Assembly: GCA_043228905.1 (NCBI GenBank)
Contig: JBHGNT010000012.1
Coordinates: 5,456,001 to 5,520,000 of the forward strand
DNA from: Azolla caroliniana
Taxonomy: Eukaryota; Plantae; Polypodiophyta
DNA length: 64,000 bases
Direction of reading: 5' to 3'
The notes beneath the pieces were generated by a model. The model was not told the DNA's origin, searched no databases, and saw nothing but the letters and a program-made list of their open reading frames with translations. Made by a program: the position numbers and the translations under genes. This document shows positions 63,641-64,000 of the stretch, in pieces. How positions within the stretch are numbered: position 1 is the first letter of the stretch; every line of letters begins with the position of its first letter.

Positions 63641-64000
63641 GAAGGAGACATGTATCAAGAACACATGTATACTCTGGTCCCATAGGTCAAAACTGGCCTC
63701 TTTATGGATGATAAAAATTCTAATTCTAATTCTTCCATTCAACATTTTGGAATAAAGTATGTAACGTGTGAAGAGTAGGTTCTGAATCATTAGGATCGTG
63801 GTATCAATTCCAAGCTTTAAAACTTGGGCAGCCTCTCTTCTCTATAAATATTACCTTCTATTTTATGGGTTTGAGAACAAGACATGCACAACATCAACTC
63901 TTTAGGAAACATGGTTTATTGGTAAAGATTATGCTTTTTAACCTTATGGTTGCGAGTTCAATCCTGAAGTGATGGGTCTAATATTATATTGATTGTAAAA

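Overview
Eukaryotic nuclear DNA from a land plant, probably a non-seed plant such as a fern (inferred from the transposon repertoire). Bases 1-35409 are a GC/CpG-rich nest of LTR retrotransposons that can be reconstructed from LTR ends and TSDs. Copia-B (24112-35409, 5' part outside the window) contains Copia-A (1-672 + 23197-24111). Copia-A contains an Athila/Phygy-like Gypsy (673-23196) with a ~980-codon extra 3' ORF. That Gypsy contains an intact Tork-type Copia (10088-15406, minus), a very young Gypsy (3007-10083) inserted into the Copia's own TSD, and a solo LTR. A second, older member of the young Gypsy lineage (24550-32100, minus, with its own solo LTR) also sits in Copia-B. This Gypsy lineage is the most unusual system here: tRNA-Trp PBS, 4-bp CpG-centred TSDs, a D-H-G protease fused to Gag, and a predicted -1 frameshift between PR and RT (GGAUUUU plus an H-type pseudoknot with a compensatory base change between copies). 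Bases 36.7-64 kb are AT-rich and genic: a 15-exon folylpolyglutamate synthase (minus), a plastid-type COG0523/CobW GTPase with a GC-AG intron (plus), an uncharacterised tail-anchored coiled-coil protein (minus), and the last exon of a GH28 polygalacturonase with an intronic LINE fragment. All counts were made by eye and family assignments are from motif recognition, not database searches.
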